Source of the DNA: Dendrobates tinctorius | Lineage: Eukaryota | Assembly (NCBI RefSeq): GCF_039654945.1 | Contig: NW_027361798.1 | Coordinates: 3,596,001 to 3,660,000, forward strand | Direction of reading: 5' to 3' | DNA: 64,000 nucleotides | Notes under the pieces: model-generated | Database searches by the model: none | Told to the model about the DNA's origin: nothing | The model's input: only the letters and a program-made list of their open reading frames with translations | Part shown: in pieces, positions 27,170 to 41,671 of the stretch | How positions within the stretch are numbered: position 1 is the first letter of the stretch | How the letters are laid out: each line of letters starts with the position of its first letter | Translations under genes and position numbers: made by a program

Positions 27170-27702
27170 GGGAGATTTTGAATTTCTGCAGACACTTGTG
27201 GACACTGGACACTTTTGGATTGTGTGAGGCCCACTGATATCTGAGCGCTATGTGACAGGCTCGATGGCACAGCTGTGACCAAAGTGACTAGAGGATAAGG
27301 GAGATTTTGAATCTCTGCACACACTTTTGGACACTGGATGGACACTTTTGGATTGTGTGAGGCCCACTGATATCTGAGCGCTATGTGACAGGCTCGATGG
27401 CACAGCTGTGACCAAAGTGACTAGAGGATAAGGGAGATTTTGAATCTCTGCACACACTTTTGGACACTGGACACTTTTGGATTGTGTGAGGCCCAATGAA
27501 TATCTGAGCGCTATGTGACAGGCTCGATGGCACAGCTGTGACCAAAGTGACTAGAGGATAAGGGAGATTTTGAATCTCTGCACACACTTTTGGACACTGG
27601 ATGGACACTTTTGGATTGTGTGAGGCCCACTGATATCTGAGCGCTATGTGACACGCTCGATGGCACAGCTGTGACAAAAGTGACTAGAGGATAAGGGAGA
27701 TT
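27170..27702. repeat. About 130-bp tandem repeat, 4 copies, upstream of the transposase
   Basis: GAGATT start of unit at 27172, 27301, 27434, 27564 and 27697. Confidence 0.92.
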
Positions 27703-28095
27703 GGATTGCTTTTAAAAAAGCAGTTTGCGGAGCAGTGGGTAAACAGCAATGCAGGAATGTCAGGAAGCCTTAGAAGGCAGCCCAACAACCAACACCACTA
27801 TATAGCCTCCCCTTGCACTGCACACACAGTGACTGGTGTGTTTTGCAGGCCAAATCGCTAGCAGCAGAAGCAGTTTTTTGTCTTCTTCCCTGCCTAACGC
27901 TCTCCCTACAGAATCAGCAGCAACCTCTCCCTATACTAAGATCGGCAGAAGTAAGATGGAGGTCGGCCTGCACGCCCTTTTATACCCCCTGTGACGCCCA
28001 CCAAAGCAAGCCAATCACTTGCATGCCCTTCTGAAAGATGGTGGTGACCCGTGCCTATGTCATCACGTTGCCCACAGTGTCCGTGGATCCTGATT

Positions 28096-28990
28096 GAATC
28101 ATAGAATCGTAGAGTTGGAAGGGACCTCCTGGGCCATCTGGTCCAACCCCCTGCTCAAAGCAGGATTCGCTAAATCATCCCAGTCAGATGTCTGTCCAGC
28201 CTCTGTTTGAAGACTTCCATTGAAGGAGAACTCACCACTTCTCGTGGCAGCCTGTTCCACTCATTGATCACTCTAACTGTCAAAAAGTTTTTTCTAATAT
28301 CTAATCTGTGTCTCCTCCCATTCAGTTTCATCCCATTGCTTCTAGTCTTTCCTTGTGCAAATGAGAATAAAGTTGATCCTTCTACAATGTGACAGCCCTT
28401 TAGATATTTGTAGACAGCAATTAAGTCTCCTCTCAGTCTTCTCTTTTGCAAACTAAACATTCCCAAATCCTGCAACCTTTCCTCATAAGACAGGGTTTGC
28501 AGACCGGTCACCATTCTGGTCGCTCTTTTCTGAACTTGCTCCAGTTTGTTGATGTCTTTTTTAAAATGTGGTGCCCAAAACTGGACACAATATTCCAGAT
28601 GAGGTCTGACCAAAGAGGAGTAGAGGGAAATAATGACTTCACGTGATCTAGACTGTATGCTTCTGTTAATACATCCTAGAACTGCATTTGCCTTTTTTGC
28701 TGCTGCATCACACTGTTGACTCATATTCAGTCTGTGATCTATTAGTATACCCAAGTCTTTTTCACATGTGCTGTCACTTAGCCCTATTCCTCCCATTCTA
28801 TATATGATTTTTTCATTTTTATTGCCCAGATGTAGTACTTTGCATTTCTCCCTGTTAAAAACCATTCTGTTAGTTACTGCCCACTTCTCCAGTTTATTTA
28901 AATCTTTTTGAATCCTCTCTCTCTCTTCTCTAGTATTAGCTATCCCTCCTAGCTTTGTGTCATCAGCAAATTTAATCAGTTTACCCTCCA
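28096..28990 (-). mobile_element. 5'-truncated CR1 LINE nested in the hAT subterminal region
   Basis: RT C-terminus (FADD..HLTGMI) plus 3' UTR and tail; ATTG on both sides. Confidence 0.95.
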
Positions 28991-29991
28991 TTGGCTGAAA
29001 AAGAGCGCAAAACAAACTTTTGAAACGCGACTTTGGCGCGTAAGTCGCCGACCTCGTGGCCGACCTCATCCTAGGGTCGGGTTTCGTTTCATGAAACCCG
29101 ACTTTGCCAAAAGTCGGCGACTTTTGAATTTTTTCGACCCGTTTCGCTCAACTCTACCGGTCACCATTCTGGTCGCTCTTTTCTGAACTTGCTCCAGTTT
29201 GTTGATGTCTTTTTTAAAATGTGGTGCCCAAAACTGGACACAATATTCCAGATGAGGTCTGACCAAAGAGGAGTAGAGGGAAATAATGACTTCACGTGAT
29301 CTAGACTGTATGCTTCTGTTAATACATCCTAGAATTGCATTTGCCTTTTTTGCTGCTGCATCACACTGTTGACTCACATTCAGTCTGTGATCTATTAGTA
29401 TACCCAAGTCTTTTTCACATGTGCTGTTGCTTAGCCCTATTCCTCCCATTCTGTATATGCTTTTTTCATTTTTATTGCCCAGATGTAGTACTTTGCATTT
29501 CTCCCTGTTAAAAACCATTCTGTTAGTTGCTGCCCACTTCTCCAGTTTATTTATATCTTTTTGAATCCTCTCTCTCTCTTCTCTAGTATTAGCTATCCCT
29601 CCTAGCTTTGTGTCATCAGCAAATTTAATCAGTTTACCCTCAATTCCTCCATGTAAATCGTTGATAAAGATGTTGAAAAATACAGGGCCCAGGACAGAGC
29701 CCTGTGGTACCCCACTTGAGACATTCTTCCAACTGGATGTGCAGCCATTTACGACCACTCTTTGGGTCCGATCACTAAGCCAGTTATGAATCCACCTAAC
29801 AGTTGCCTTGTCCATTCCATACTTAGTTATTTTTTCAATAAGGATTGTATGAGATACTTTGTCAAATGCTTTGCTGAAGTCAAGATATACTATATCTACA
29901 GCATTTCCTTGATCCACGCAATCAGTGATTCCGTCATAGAAGGAAATTAAGTTAGTCTGACATGACTTATTAGTTACAAACCCATGCTGAC

Positions 29992-30825
29992 TGTTACGAC
30001 GGCGGAACACGCTTAAAAAAATATAAATAAACGTGTTCGCCGCCCGGGGTCCACCGTGCGGCAGGTGAAATAACCGCTGCTAAAATGGCAGAACACAGGG
30101 ACGATAATGTGCACAAGGTTTAACTGCACCTGGTGCACAAAAGTAGCTCTGTTGAGGTCACAGAGCTGCACATGAAAAGTAATGCAGAAGCAGGCTGTTT
30201 CACAGACAGAGCTGCAAACAAAACAAAAATACAAAGAACGCCGAGTCTGTATCAGCTTCACAGACCATCAGCGGCACACGTGCGGTAGTCAGGGATCGGA
30301 GTAGTTCAAGACAACACTACAACCGGATAGATTTACCGTGGCAGACCGTGTGCACGGCGTCGCAACTGCGGACGCCAAAAGCGACTGCAAGCGCGAATTT
30401 ATCAGGCGCAATGCAGAACGCTGGCTGCTGTAACGAATGATGCTTGAGCGCACTGGCGCTAGCGCAATACTGGCTGTCCCAATCACTCACACAAACGTAA
30501 TATCCGAGGGAAGGGGTTTCATAATAAGTCATTCACCAGACCAAGCATCCATCACCAAGCACACAGCAGCAAGTATAGAAAATACTAGCGCATGGCATAG
30601 CGGCCATGCGCACTTTTTATAGCGTACGGGACCTGCCGGAAATCTCCAGAGCCCCGAGCATAACCAATCAAATCAGGAGCAGGACCTGAGCACCTGACTC
30701 CTGAACTCCAGTGAGAGCTCGTCCCGAGAGCATGCTCAGTAGCAGGGAAAAAGGACTTAGCCTCTGGAGACAAATGTGAGAATCTGGGTTGCTGCATAAG
30801 CATAGACTGACCCAGATTCCTAACA
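29992..30825 (-). mobile_element. Solo LTR (834 bp) related to the Gypsy LTRs at 56004 and 63040
   Basis: TGTTA...TAACA termini; 5-bp TSD CTGAC at 29987-29991 and 30826-30830; shares GTTCGCCGCCCGGGGTCCACCGTGCGG and GGGAAGGGGTTTCATAAT. Confidence 0.93.
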
Positions 30826-32194
30826 CTGACTCTGTTTAATCACTTCATTCTTATCCAGGTACTGACATACATGTTGTTTAATAATTTGTTCAAAGATCTT
30901 TCCTGGTATAGAAGTCAGACTCACCGGCCTATAGTTGCCTGGGTCCACCTTCTTCCCCTTTTTGAAGATAGGAACAACATTTGCTCTTCTCCAGTCTTCT
31001 CCTGTTCTCCAAGAATTTTCAAAGATTATGGAGAGGGGTTCAAAAATTTCTCCTGCTATCTCCTTCAGTACTCTAGGGTGTAATTCATCTGGACCTGGAG
31101 ACTTGAATTCATTTAGGTTAGCTAAGTGTTTCCTCACTATCTCTCTGTTTATAGATATCCCGGATTCTTCTATTCCCTTAATAGGACAGTGAAGAACCGT
31201 TGATGTTACATTTCCTGAGAGAAAACAGATGCAAAATAGGAATTTAAAAGTTCGGCCTTCTCAACATCCTGTCTTACCATTTCATCATTTTCATCCTGTA
31301 AAAATCCTATAGCATCTTTGGCTATTCTTTTACTTTTGACATATCACCAAAATTCTTTATTATTGCTTTTGACGTCTCTTGAAAGCCTCAATTCATTGTC
31401 AGCTTTAGATAATCTGATTTGTGCCCTGCAGGTTCTGCAGACAGCATTATATTCTTCTTTAGATATGCCTCCCCCTTTCCATTTTATAAACATTTTTTTC
31501 TTCCTTTTTAGCATGTGCTTAAGTTCTGTGTTCATCCATCCTGGTTTCCTTAAATGTTTCCTATTCTTCCCTCTTTTCGGAATTGTTAACAATTGTGCTT
31601 TGAGAATTTCATTTTTCAAGATTTCCCATCCTTCCTGGACATTTTTGTCTTTAAGGATATCCAGCCATTGGATCCCTCCAATTCTCTTTCTGAATCCCTT
31701 AAAATCTGCCTATCTGAAATCTAACCTTGACGTCTGAGTCTTCACAGGTCTTCCGCCTCTAGTTATCCAAAATTCTAAAATAGCATGGTCGCTACCTCCT
31801 AGGGTCCCAGCCACTTTTACCTCCTCAACCATTTCCTCCCTGTTTATAAGGATTAGATCCAAGGTAGCAGTTCCCCTTGTTTTCTCCTTTACCTTTTGGA
31901 AGATAAAGTTGTCAGCAAGAGAGGATAAGAATTTCCTTGACCTGTTAGTTTTGCCTGAGAGAGATTCCCAACAAATGTCTGGATAGTTGAAATCTCCCAT
32001 GACAACTATGTCATATTTTTTGGAGAACTTGGCCATTTGATGCATAAAGAGTTCATCCATATCTTCAGCTTGCACAGGCGGCCTGTAGTAAATGCCTACA
32101 ATGGTGTCCTTTCCATTGTTCTGTCCTTGTATTCTTACCCAAACAGTTTCCACAGAACTCCCAGTCTCTGAAGCTTGGATCTCTGTGCAGATAT

Positions 32195-33280
32195 ACCAGA
32201 GGAATTTACTCACTGTTCCAAGCACTAATAGAGGATTATACCCACTATGTCATGAACTAATAGAGCATTATATTCACTGTGCCAGGCACTAATAGAGTAT
32301 TTTACCCACTGTGCTAGGAGGCACTAATAGAACTTGGCACAGTGGGTATAATCCTCTGGTATTAGTGCTTGAGACAGTGGGAACAATCTGCTATTAGTGC
32401 TTGGCACAGTCGTTATAATCCTCTATTAGTGCTTGGCACAGTGGGTATAATCCTCTATTAGTGCCTGGCACAATGGGAATAATCCTCTGGTATTAGTGCT
32501 TGGCACAGTGGGTATAATCTGCTATTAGAGGATTATACCCACTGTGCCAAGTTCTAATAGTGCTTGGCACAGTGGGTATAATCTGCTATTAGAACTTGGC
32601 ACAGTGGGTATAATCCTCTATTAGTGCTTGGCACAGTGGGTATAATCCTCTATTAGTGCCTGGCACAATGGGCATAATCCTCTGGTATTAGCAGATTATA
32701 CCCACTGTGCCAAGCACTAATACCAGATGATTATGCCCATTGTGCCAGGCACTAATAGAGGATTATACCCACTGTGCCAAGTACTAATAGCAAATTATAC
32801 CCATTGTCTCAAGCACTAATACAGGATTATACACACTGTGCCAAGCACTAATAGAGGATTATGCCCACTGTGACAGGCACTAATAGAGGATTATAACGAC
32901 TGTGCCATGTACTAATAGTGCTTGAGACAGTGGGAACAATCTGCTAATTCCAGAGGATTATATTCAGTGCCAAGCACTAATAGAGGATTATACCCATTGA
33001 GCCAAGCACTAACAGCAGAGGATTTTTACCCATTGTGCCAAGCACTAATAGCAGATTATACCCACTGTGCCAGGCACTAAGTGAAGATTATACCCACTGT
33101 GCCAAGTATTAATGGCAGATTATACCCACTGTCTCAAGCACTAATTCTAGAGAATTATATACACTGTGCCAAGGACTAATACCAGCGGATAAAACCCGCT
33201 GTTCCAAGCACTAATTCAGGGTAATATTCACTGTGCCAAGCACTAATAGAGGATTATACCCACTATGCCAGGCACTCATA
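32195..33280. repeat. 32-bp satellite with several internal orientation flips
   Basis: Reverse-strand units (CTTGGCACAGTGGGTATAATCC) at about 32330-32527, 32560-32690 and 32918-32946. Confidence 0.92.
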
Positions 33281-33633
33281 GCTCTCCGGTCAGGTGGAGG
33301 CGTCTGACTGATGATGATCTCCCAGAGATTGGATTATTTCCAGGCCGGAATCTCACATTGTCAGTAATTTCTCGTTCCTCCAGCGGCGCTGACAGGACGA
33401 GGTTTGCGGAATTTTCTTGTTAGCATAATACAGAGAAGCGGGAAATTCAAATCACCAACTGTCCTGTGCTCAGCCAATCAGCGAGAAAGGGGAGGGGCTG
33501 AAAATGGCAATTCATGAAAACAAACATCTCCGGTATCGCGTCATCACTGTGCAGTTCTCACTCCGGTCCGCCTAGCCTCCATATAAAGCAGGACTCAGCG
33601 CTGACCCCTCACAGTCGTCTGAAGATTTCCTGA

Positions 33634-33948
<315 letters not shown>

Positions 33949-33980
33949 TTGTATTCTCGTCTCTGTCCTGACAACCCAAA

Positions 33981-33996
33981 GGCTCTTCTCAGAGCC
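33981..33996 (+). terminator. H4 3' stem-loop GGCTCTTCTCAGAGCC
   Basis: Consensus match, preceded by CCCAAA and followed by purine-rich GAGAGGCTG. Confidence 0.92.
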
Positions 33997-35524
33997 GCCC
34001 ACATCTCACGTGAGAGGCTGCAATTCCCGCTGGGGTCTGGCGGTCGCTGCTGGTGTGATCGCCGGGACCGGCTTGTGACGTTGAGCATTGGGGGGAGACG
34101 TTCTCTCTTCTGGAGCTGATCCAGTGAGTAGTCTCAGTGTGAGGTGGGGCACAGATGATCCGGGTGTATGGGGGAATCGATCGGCCGCACAGTCACCTCC
34201 TATGATGCTGCAGTTACTACAGAGCAGAAATCCGAGTGCTGGTAATAAATGTGGTTGTGCCACGTCTCCTGCTGCTGAGATCCTGTGGGTTGTAGGATGG
34301 CTGCGAGGAGTGGAATGCGGCTGCACTGATGAATGGACGCCGGTGTGAACGCTCCTGAGCAGCGGCTCAGGATTGGGGTATCAACAGGATACCTACATGC
34401 GATGAGAGGGGCTGTTTCTGCGCCACCACATGGGCAGGGAGGGACGGTGCAGGAATACAGGGTCGCTCTGCCTGTGATCAGGAGAACATCTGCCCACATC
34501 ACACTTTGCGCTTCGCACCAATCACCGGATCTAAATCCCGGAGCAAATTAACAAATTATCATATACAGGAATATACCCACTGTGCCAACTGCTAATAGCA
34601 GGAATTATATCCACTGAGTCACCCACTAGAGAGATATATAGAGGATTATACCCACTGCTCTGTCACCAGGTCCCAACTCTACAATAACGTCATCCGAGAT
34701 GTGTGGAAAGGAATCAATGACCCCAACTATGGAACCACAGCTCTGCCCCTAGTGCCGGCGCCTCCAACAGAGACCAGGAGGAGGTCGCTGCTCTCTATGG
34801 AGCTGCCCCGGGCTCAGTGGGTCCCTGTGATCTCGGGACTCGATGTCGCAGCCCGGGCGGCTCTCTTCCTCCGGACACACTGCGGTCCCGGCTGCGGCCT
34901 CCTCTCTCGGTGCTGCCCCTGGAGCTCGCACCGCTGTTTGCACTTTATGATCTATTCTGGGGTTGAGCCTTGTAACAGGGTGTATGGGCGCTATATCCGG
35001 ACACAGACCCCTCTGTGCACAGTACAAAGCTCGGAGTGCTGCTGTGAGATGAAGGGAAGGTAACGGCGGCGGCCGATCAGGGGAGCGATCAGCAGCTCCG
35101 GAGAGCAGGACTATGTGCTCTGCGGGTGCAGCTGCCCCAGACCGGACGGCTCACGTCACAGCGATCTCCGCTAATAAGCAGAGGGGCCGGGAATAATCCG
35201 AAGGACAGGAAAGGGATTGAGCGGGGAATTCAAAACTATCAACGGGTCTGTGATCAGCCAATGAGAGAAGACCGCAGGCGCGACCAATCCCAGAGCCAGG
35301 TATGGACTCCTCCGGTTAACTCCTTAGTGACCGTGCGCTGCTCAATTCCCCCTTCTGTATAAGGATGCATGGAAGCAGGAACAGAACCGCTGGATCTACC
35401 GATAACGGCACCAGCCAGAATAACAGCCCACAGACAACTGTGGACTAAGCAGCCCAGATATTACCGAACCAGGAGGAAGGAAGGAGAAATGGCAGGAAGG
35501 AGCTCATCTGTGGGAGGATTTGGT

Positions 35525-35540
35525 GGCTCTGAGAAGAGCC
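35525..35540 (-). terminator. H3 3' stem-loop GGCTCTTCTCAGAGCC followed by ACCA
   Basis: Consensus match 30 nt after the H3 stop; downstream AGATGAGCT is HDE-like. Confidence 0.92.
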
Positions 35541-35569
35541 TTTGTGTTGTGGTTGGTGCTCGGGAAGAT

Positions 35570-36145
<576 letters not shown>

Positions 36146-36409
36146 CGTGAAGCAAACCGCGGCCTCCCGCCCTGTAACCCCGCCTCCTCCATGATGCGGC
36201 TCTCAGCAGATCGCGCTCATCTCCCGCTGTACAGAATAGAGAAATCCGGTGACGTCATCTCCAGCGCAGGAGGAGACCTGGAGCAGCCGCCACCGCACTG
36301 CCATGACCCCGTGTACACAGCGCTGTACAGTGCAGCTCCCCATTATCACCAGATCACACCCATCCTGACACTGCGCCCGGATTATCAGCAGCTCATAAAC
36401 TACAGAGGA

Positions 36410-39400
36410 GGCACTGATCATACAGCTCTGCAGGGAGGAGGTGGTGGCACTGATCATACAGCTCTGCAGGGAGGAGGTGGTGGCAGTGATCATACAGCTC
36501 TGCAGGGAGGAGGTGGTGGCAGTGATCATACAGCTCTGCAGGGAGGAGGTGGTGGCACTGATCATACAGCTCTGCAGGGAGGAGGTGACACTGATCATAC
36601 AGCTCTGCAGGGAGGAGGTGGTGGCACTGATCATACAACTCTGCAGGAAGGAGGTGGTGGCACTGATCATACAGCTCTGCAGGAAGGAGGTGGTGGCACT
36701 GATCATACAGCTATGCAGCGAGGAGGTGATGGCACTGATCATACAGCCCTGCAGCGAGGAGGTGATGGCACTGATCATACAGCCCTGCAGCGAGGAGGTG
36801 GCAGTGATTATACAGCTCTGCAGGGAGGAGGTGGAGGCACTGATCATACAGCCCTGCAGGGAGGAGGTGGAGGCACTGATCATACAGCCCTGCAGGGAGG
36901 AGGTGGTGGCACTGATCATACAGCTCTGCAGGGAGGAGGTGGTGGCACTGATCATACAGCTCTGCAGGGAGGAGGTTGTGGCACTGATCATACAGCTCTG
37001 CAGGAAGGAGGTGGTGGCACTTATCATACAGCTCTGCAGCGAGGAGGTGATGGCACTGATCATACAGCCCTGCAGGAAGGAGGTGATGGCACTGATCATA
37101 CAGCCCTGCAGCGAGGAGGTGGCAGTGATTATACAGCTCTGCAGGGAGGAGGTGGTGGCACTGATCATACAGCCCTGCAGGGAGGAGGTGGTGGCACTGA
37201 TCATACAGCCCTGCAGGGAGGAGGTGTTGGCACTGATCATACAGCTCTGCAGGGAGGAGGTGGTGGCAGTGATCATACAGCTCTGCAGAAAGGAGGTGGT
37301 GGCACTGATCATACAGCTCTGCAGGGAGGAGGTGGTGGCACTGATCATACAGCTCTGCAGGGATGAGGTGATGGCAGTGATCATACAGCTCTGCAGGGAG
37401 GAGGTGGTGGCACTGATCATACAGCTCTGCAGGGAGGAGGTGGTGGCACTGATCATACAGCTCTGCATGGAGGAGGTGGTGGCACTGATCATACAGCTCT
37501 GCAGGGAGGAGGTGGCACTGATCATACAGCTCTGCAGGGAGGAGGTGGTGGCACTAATCATACAGCTCTGCATGGAGGAGGTGGTGGCACTGATCATACA
37601 GTCCTGCAGGGAGGAGGTGGAGGCACTGATCATACAGCCCTGCAGGGAGGAGGTGGTGGCACTGATCATACAGCTCTGCAGCGAGGAGGTGATGGCACTG
37701 ATCATACAGCTCTGCAGCGAGGAGGTGATGGCACTGATCATACAGCCCTGCAGCGAGGAGGTGATGGCACTGATCATACAGCCCTGCAGCGAGGAGGTGG
37801 CAGTGATTATACAGCTCTGCAGGGAGGAGGTGGTGGCACTGATCATACAGCCCTGCAGGGAGGAGGTGGAGGCACTGATCATACAGCCCTGCAGGGAGGA
37901 GGTGTTGGCACTGATCATACAGCTCTGCAGGGAGGAGGTGGTGGCTGTGATCATACAGCTCTGCAGGAAGGAGGTGGTGGCACTGATCATACAGCTCTGC
38001 AGGGAGGAGGTGGTGGCACTGATCATACAGCTCTGCAGGGATGAGGTGATGGCAGTGATCATACAGCTCTGCAGGGAGGAGGTGGTGGCACTGATCATAC
38101 AGCTCTGCAGGGAGGAGGTGGTGGCACTGATCATACAGCTCTGCAGGGAGGAGGTGGTGGCACTGATCATACAGCTCTGCATGGAGGAGGTGGTGGCACT
38201 GATCATACAGCTCTGCAGGGAGGAGGTGGCACTGATCATACAGCTCTGCAGGGAGGAGGTGGTGGCACTGATCATACAGCTCTGCATGGAGGAGGTGGTG
38301 GCACTGATCATACAGTCCTGCAGGGAGGAGGTGGAGGCACTGATCATACAGCCCTGCAGGGAGGAGGTGGTGGCACTGATCATACAGCCCTGCAGGGAGG
38401 TGTTGGCACTGATCATACAGCCCTGCAGCGAGGAGGTGATGGCACTGATCATACAGCTCTGCAGGGAGGTGTTGGCACTGATCATACAGCCCTGCAGCGA
38501 GGAGGTGGCAGTGATTATACAGCTCTGCAGGGAGGTGTTGGCACTGATCATACAGCTCTGCAGGGAGGAGGTGGTGGAACTGATCATACAGCTCTGCAGG
38601 GATGAGGTGATGGCAGTGATCATACAGCTCTGCAGGGAGGAGGTGGTGGCACTGATCATACAGCTCTGCAGGGAGGAGGTGGTGGCACTGATCATACAGC
38701 TCTGCATGGAGGAGGTGGTGGCACTGATCATACAGCTCTGCAGGGAGGAGGTGGCACTGATCATACAGCTCTGCAGGGAGGAGGTGGAGGCACTGATCAT
38801 ACAGCTCTACATGGAGGAGGTGGTGGCACTGATCATACAGCCCTGCAGGGAGGAGGTGGAGGCACTGATCATACAGCCCTGCAGGGAGGAGGTGGTGGCA
38901 CTGATCATACAGCTCTGCAGCGAGGAGGTGATGGCACTGATCATACAGCTCTGCAGCGAGGAGGTGATGGCACTGATCATACAGCTCTGCAGGGAGGAGG
39001 TGGAGGCACTGATCATACAGCCCTGCAGGGAGGAGGTGTTGGCATTGATCATACAGCCCTGCAGCGAGGAGGTGATGGCACTGATCATACAGCTCTGCAG
39101 CGAGGAGGTGGCAGTGATTATACAGCTCTGCAGGGAGGTGTTGGCACTGATCATACAGCCCTGCAGCGAGGAGGTGGCAGTGATTATACAGCTCTGCAGG
39201 GAGGAGGTGGTGGCACTGATCATACAGTCCTGCAGGGAGGAGGTGGAGGCACTGATCATACAGCCCTGCAGGGAGGAGGTGGTGGCACTGATCATACAGC
39301 TCTGCAGCGAGGAGGTGATGGCACTGATCATACAGCTCTGCAGCGAGGAGGTGATGGCACTGATCATACAGCCCTGCAGCGAGGAGGTGATGGCACTGAT

Positions 39401-40272
39401 CATACAGCCCTGCAGCGAGGAGGTGGCAGTGATTATACAGCTCTGCAGGGAGGAGGTGGTGGCACTGATCATACAGCCCTGCAGGGAGGAGGTGGAGGCA
39501 CTGATCATACAGCCCTGCAGGGAGGAGGTGTTGGCACTGATCATACAGCCCTGCAGCGAGGAGGTGATGGCACTGATCATACAGCTCTGCAGCGAGGAGG
39601 TGGCAGTGATTATACAGCTCTGCAGGGAGGTGATGGCACTGATCATACAGCTCTGCAGGGAGGAGGTGGAGGCACTGATCATACAGCCCTGCAGGGAGGT
39701 GTTGGCACTGATCATACAGCCCTGCAGCGAGGTGATGGCACTGATCATACAGCTCTGCAGGGAGGTGTTGGCACTGATCATACAGCCCTGCAGCGAGGAG
39801 GTGGCAGTGATTATACAGCTCTGCAGGGAGGTGTTGGCACTGATCATACAGCTCTGCAGGGAGGAGGTGGTGGCACTGATCATACAGCTCTGCAGGGATG
39901 AGGTGATGGCAGTGATCATACAGCTCTGCAGGGAGGAGGTGGTGGCACTGATCATACAGCTCTGCATGGAGGAGGTGGTGGCACTGATCATACAGCTATG
40001 CATGGAGGAGGTGGTGGCACTGATCATACAGCTCTGCAGGGAGGAGGTGGCACTGATCATACAGCTCTGCAGGGAGGAGGTGGTGGCACTGATCATACAG
40101 CCCTGCAGGGAGGAGGTGTTGGCATTGATCACACAGCCCTGCAGCGAGGAGGTGGTGGCACTAATCATACAGCTCTGCAGTGAGGAGGTGGTGGCACTGA
40201 TCATACAGCCCTGCAGGGAGGAGGTGGTGGCACTAATCATACAGCTCTGCAGTGAGGAGGTGGTGGCTCTGA
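36410..40272 (-). repeat. Second 36-bp satellite array (about 110 monomers) downstream of the truncated H1
   Basis: Same monomer with array-specific variants (CAGCCCTGCAG, GCAGCGAGG). Confidence 0.98.
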
Positions 40273-40414
40273 CTATCAGCTCGGACACGCTGGGGCCGGA
40301 GGGCTTCTTACTCTTCTTGGCGCTCCCTGCAGCGGATTTCTTTGGCTGCTTCTTGGACTTGGCAGCCGGTTCGGCGGGAGGAGGAGGCGCGGCGGCTGGC
40401 GCGGTCTCTGCCAT
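40265..40414 (-). pseudogene. H1: Truncated H1 (codons 1-48) fused in frame to the satellite
   Basis: [15 protein letters not shown], then RATTSSLQSC..; 5' flank and promoter nearly identical to the intact H1. Confidence 0.94.
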
Positions 40415-41671
40415 TATGTGATGAGGAACTTCCAGAATAATTTCCTGCAAGGAAAACACTGAGGACTGAGCGGGAGCAGCCTCATATATACAGTCACACT
40501 GCGCACTGATTGGCTGCCGAGCTGCGTCCTCCTGAGCTTCTATTGGCTGACACTGGACACAGGCCCCGCCCCTCCTGTCTGAGACGGGTGAAGCTCCGCT
40601 CTCCCCTTGTGCTTCCTTGCCCGGGATAAGCGCCCATTACCCGCCAGGACCGGGCAGCAGAGCCGCTGTCTCCGTGTCCTCCTCCTCCCTGACATCTCCC
40701 CCACATGTCTATAGAGGTCACTGGCGGAGGAGGCAGGAAGGAGCCGGGAGGAGCCCCGGGATCTGCCCGTAGTCCTGGAGCTGCTGAGAGGCCAGAAGGA
40801 TACACAGGCGCCCATCAATCCCAGTGTGTCCAGATCTCTGTATCCAGCGCCATCGGGAGCATTGCAGAGTGATCAGCGCTATATGGCAGAAGACCGCACT
40901 ATATGGAGGTCGGGTTTGCTGCAAGATCCGGAGTGTATTCCGCCTTGTTCGATGCTAACAGCACCATCTGGACGGAGACAGCACTGTATGGGGGTATATG
41001 CAGCAGTCTATCCAGGAATAGAGACTATATGGAGGGCTATTAGCGCTATATGGAGGTATACAGTACTTCTTGAAGGGTATATACCAAAACATGTGTATGG
41101 ATCGGTAATTGGCTGTATACAGCACGGTGTTACAGAAGTATATGGAGATCTCCAGCATTTACAGCCAGATAGGGCGGTATACTGCATGATATTGATTTTA
41201 CAGCACTATATGGAGGTATGCAGTCCCGTATGGTGATATATAGCAGTGTATGATGTGTAAACAGCAGTATATACAGCCCTATATGGAGGTGTCAGCACTA
41301 TGTTGGATTCTTCACTATTCGGGGCTGTATAGCAGTATAGAGGGCGCTTACGGCACTTTATGGAGATATACATGACTATATGGAGGTAAACGGCATTATA
41401 GTGAGGGTATTCAACCTTATCTATAGATTAGACAGATTTTTCCGGAATCCTTGCTGCAGTATATATGAGTATTCAGCACTAGATGGCAGTATACAGCATA
41501 TGTGGCCTCTGTAGTGCTGTATACCGCCCAGTATGGAGTCAGCTGAGGATAAACGGGAATTCCACACTCCCTGGTGCTGCGGCCACTGGAGACAATCAGC
41601 GCTGGGATCTCCCAATATGTACGCCGCCTGGAGTCACTGAGAATACATCCAGTTACACCGACCGTGAACCT

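Larger units (their letters stand above)
20454..29156 (-). mobile_element. Full-length hAT DNA transposon (8.7 kb including nested inserts)
   Basis: TIRs TAGAGTTGAGCGA...TCGCTCAACTCTA; 8-bp TSD CCGGTCAC at 20446-20453 and 29157-29164; internal transposase. Confidence 0.96.
20038..32195 (-). mobile_element. CR1 LINE (endonuclease to 3' UTR) split into 20038-20453, 29157-29991 and 30826-32195 by a hAT transposon and a solo LTR
   Basis: APE endonuclease motifs (GIYYRPP, MGDFNYPDI, GGSDH) at 31710-32195, RT at 29157-31140, 3' tail at about 20040; the pieces rejoin exactly across the TSDs. Confidence 0.95.

Noticed and set aside
36441-40421. 1326-aa + strand ORF (ALIIQLCREEVV repeats)
   Set aside because: Satellite read antisense to H1; no independent promoter or coding evidence
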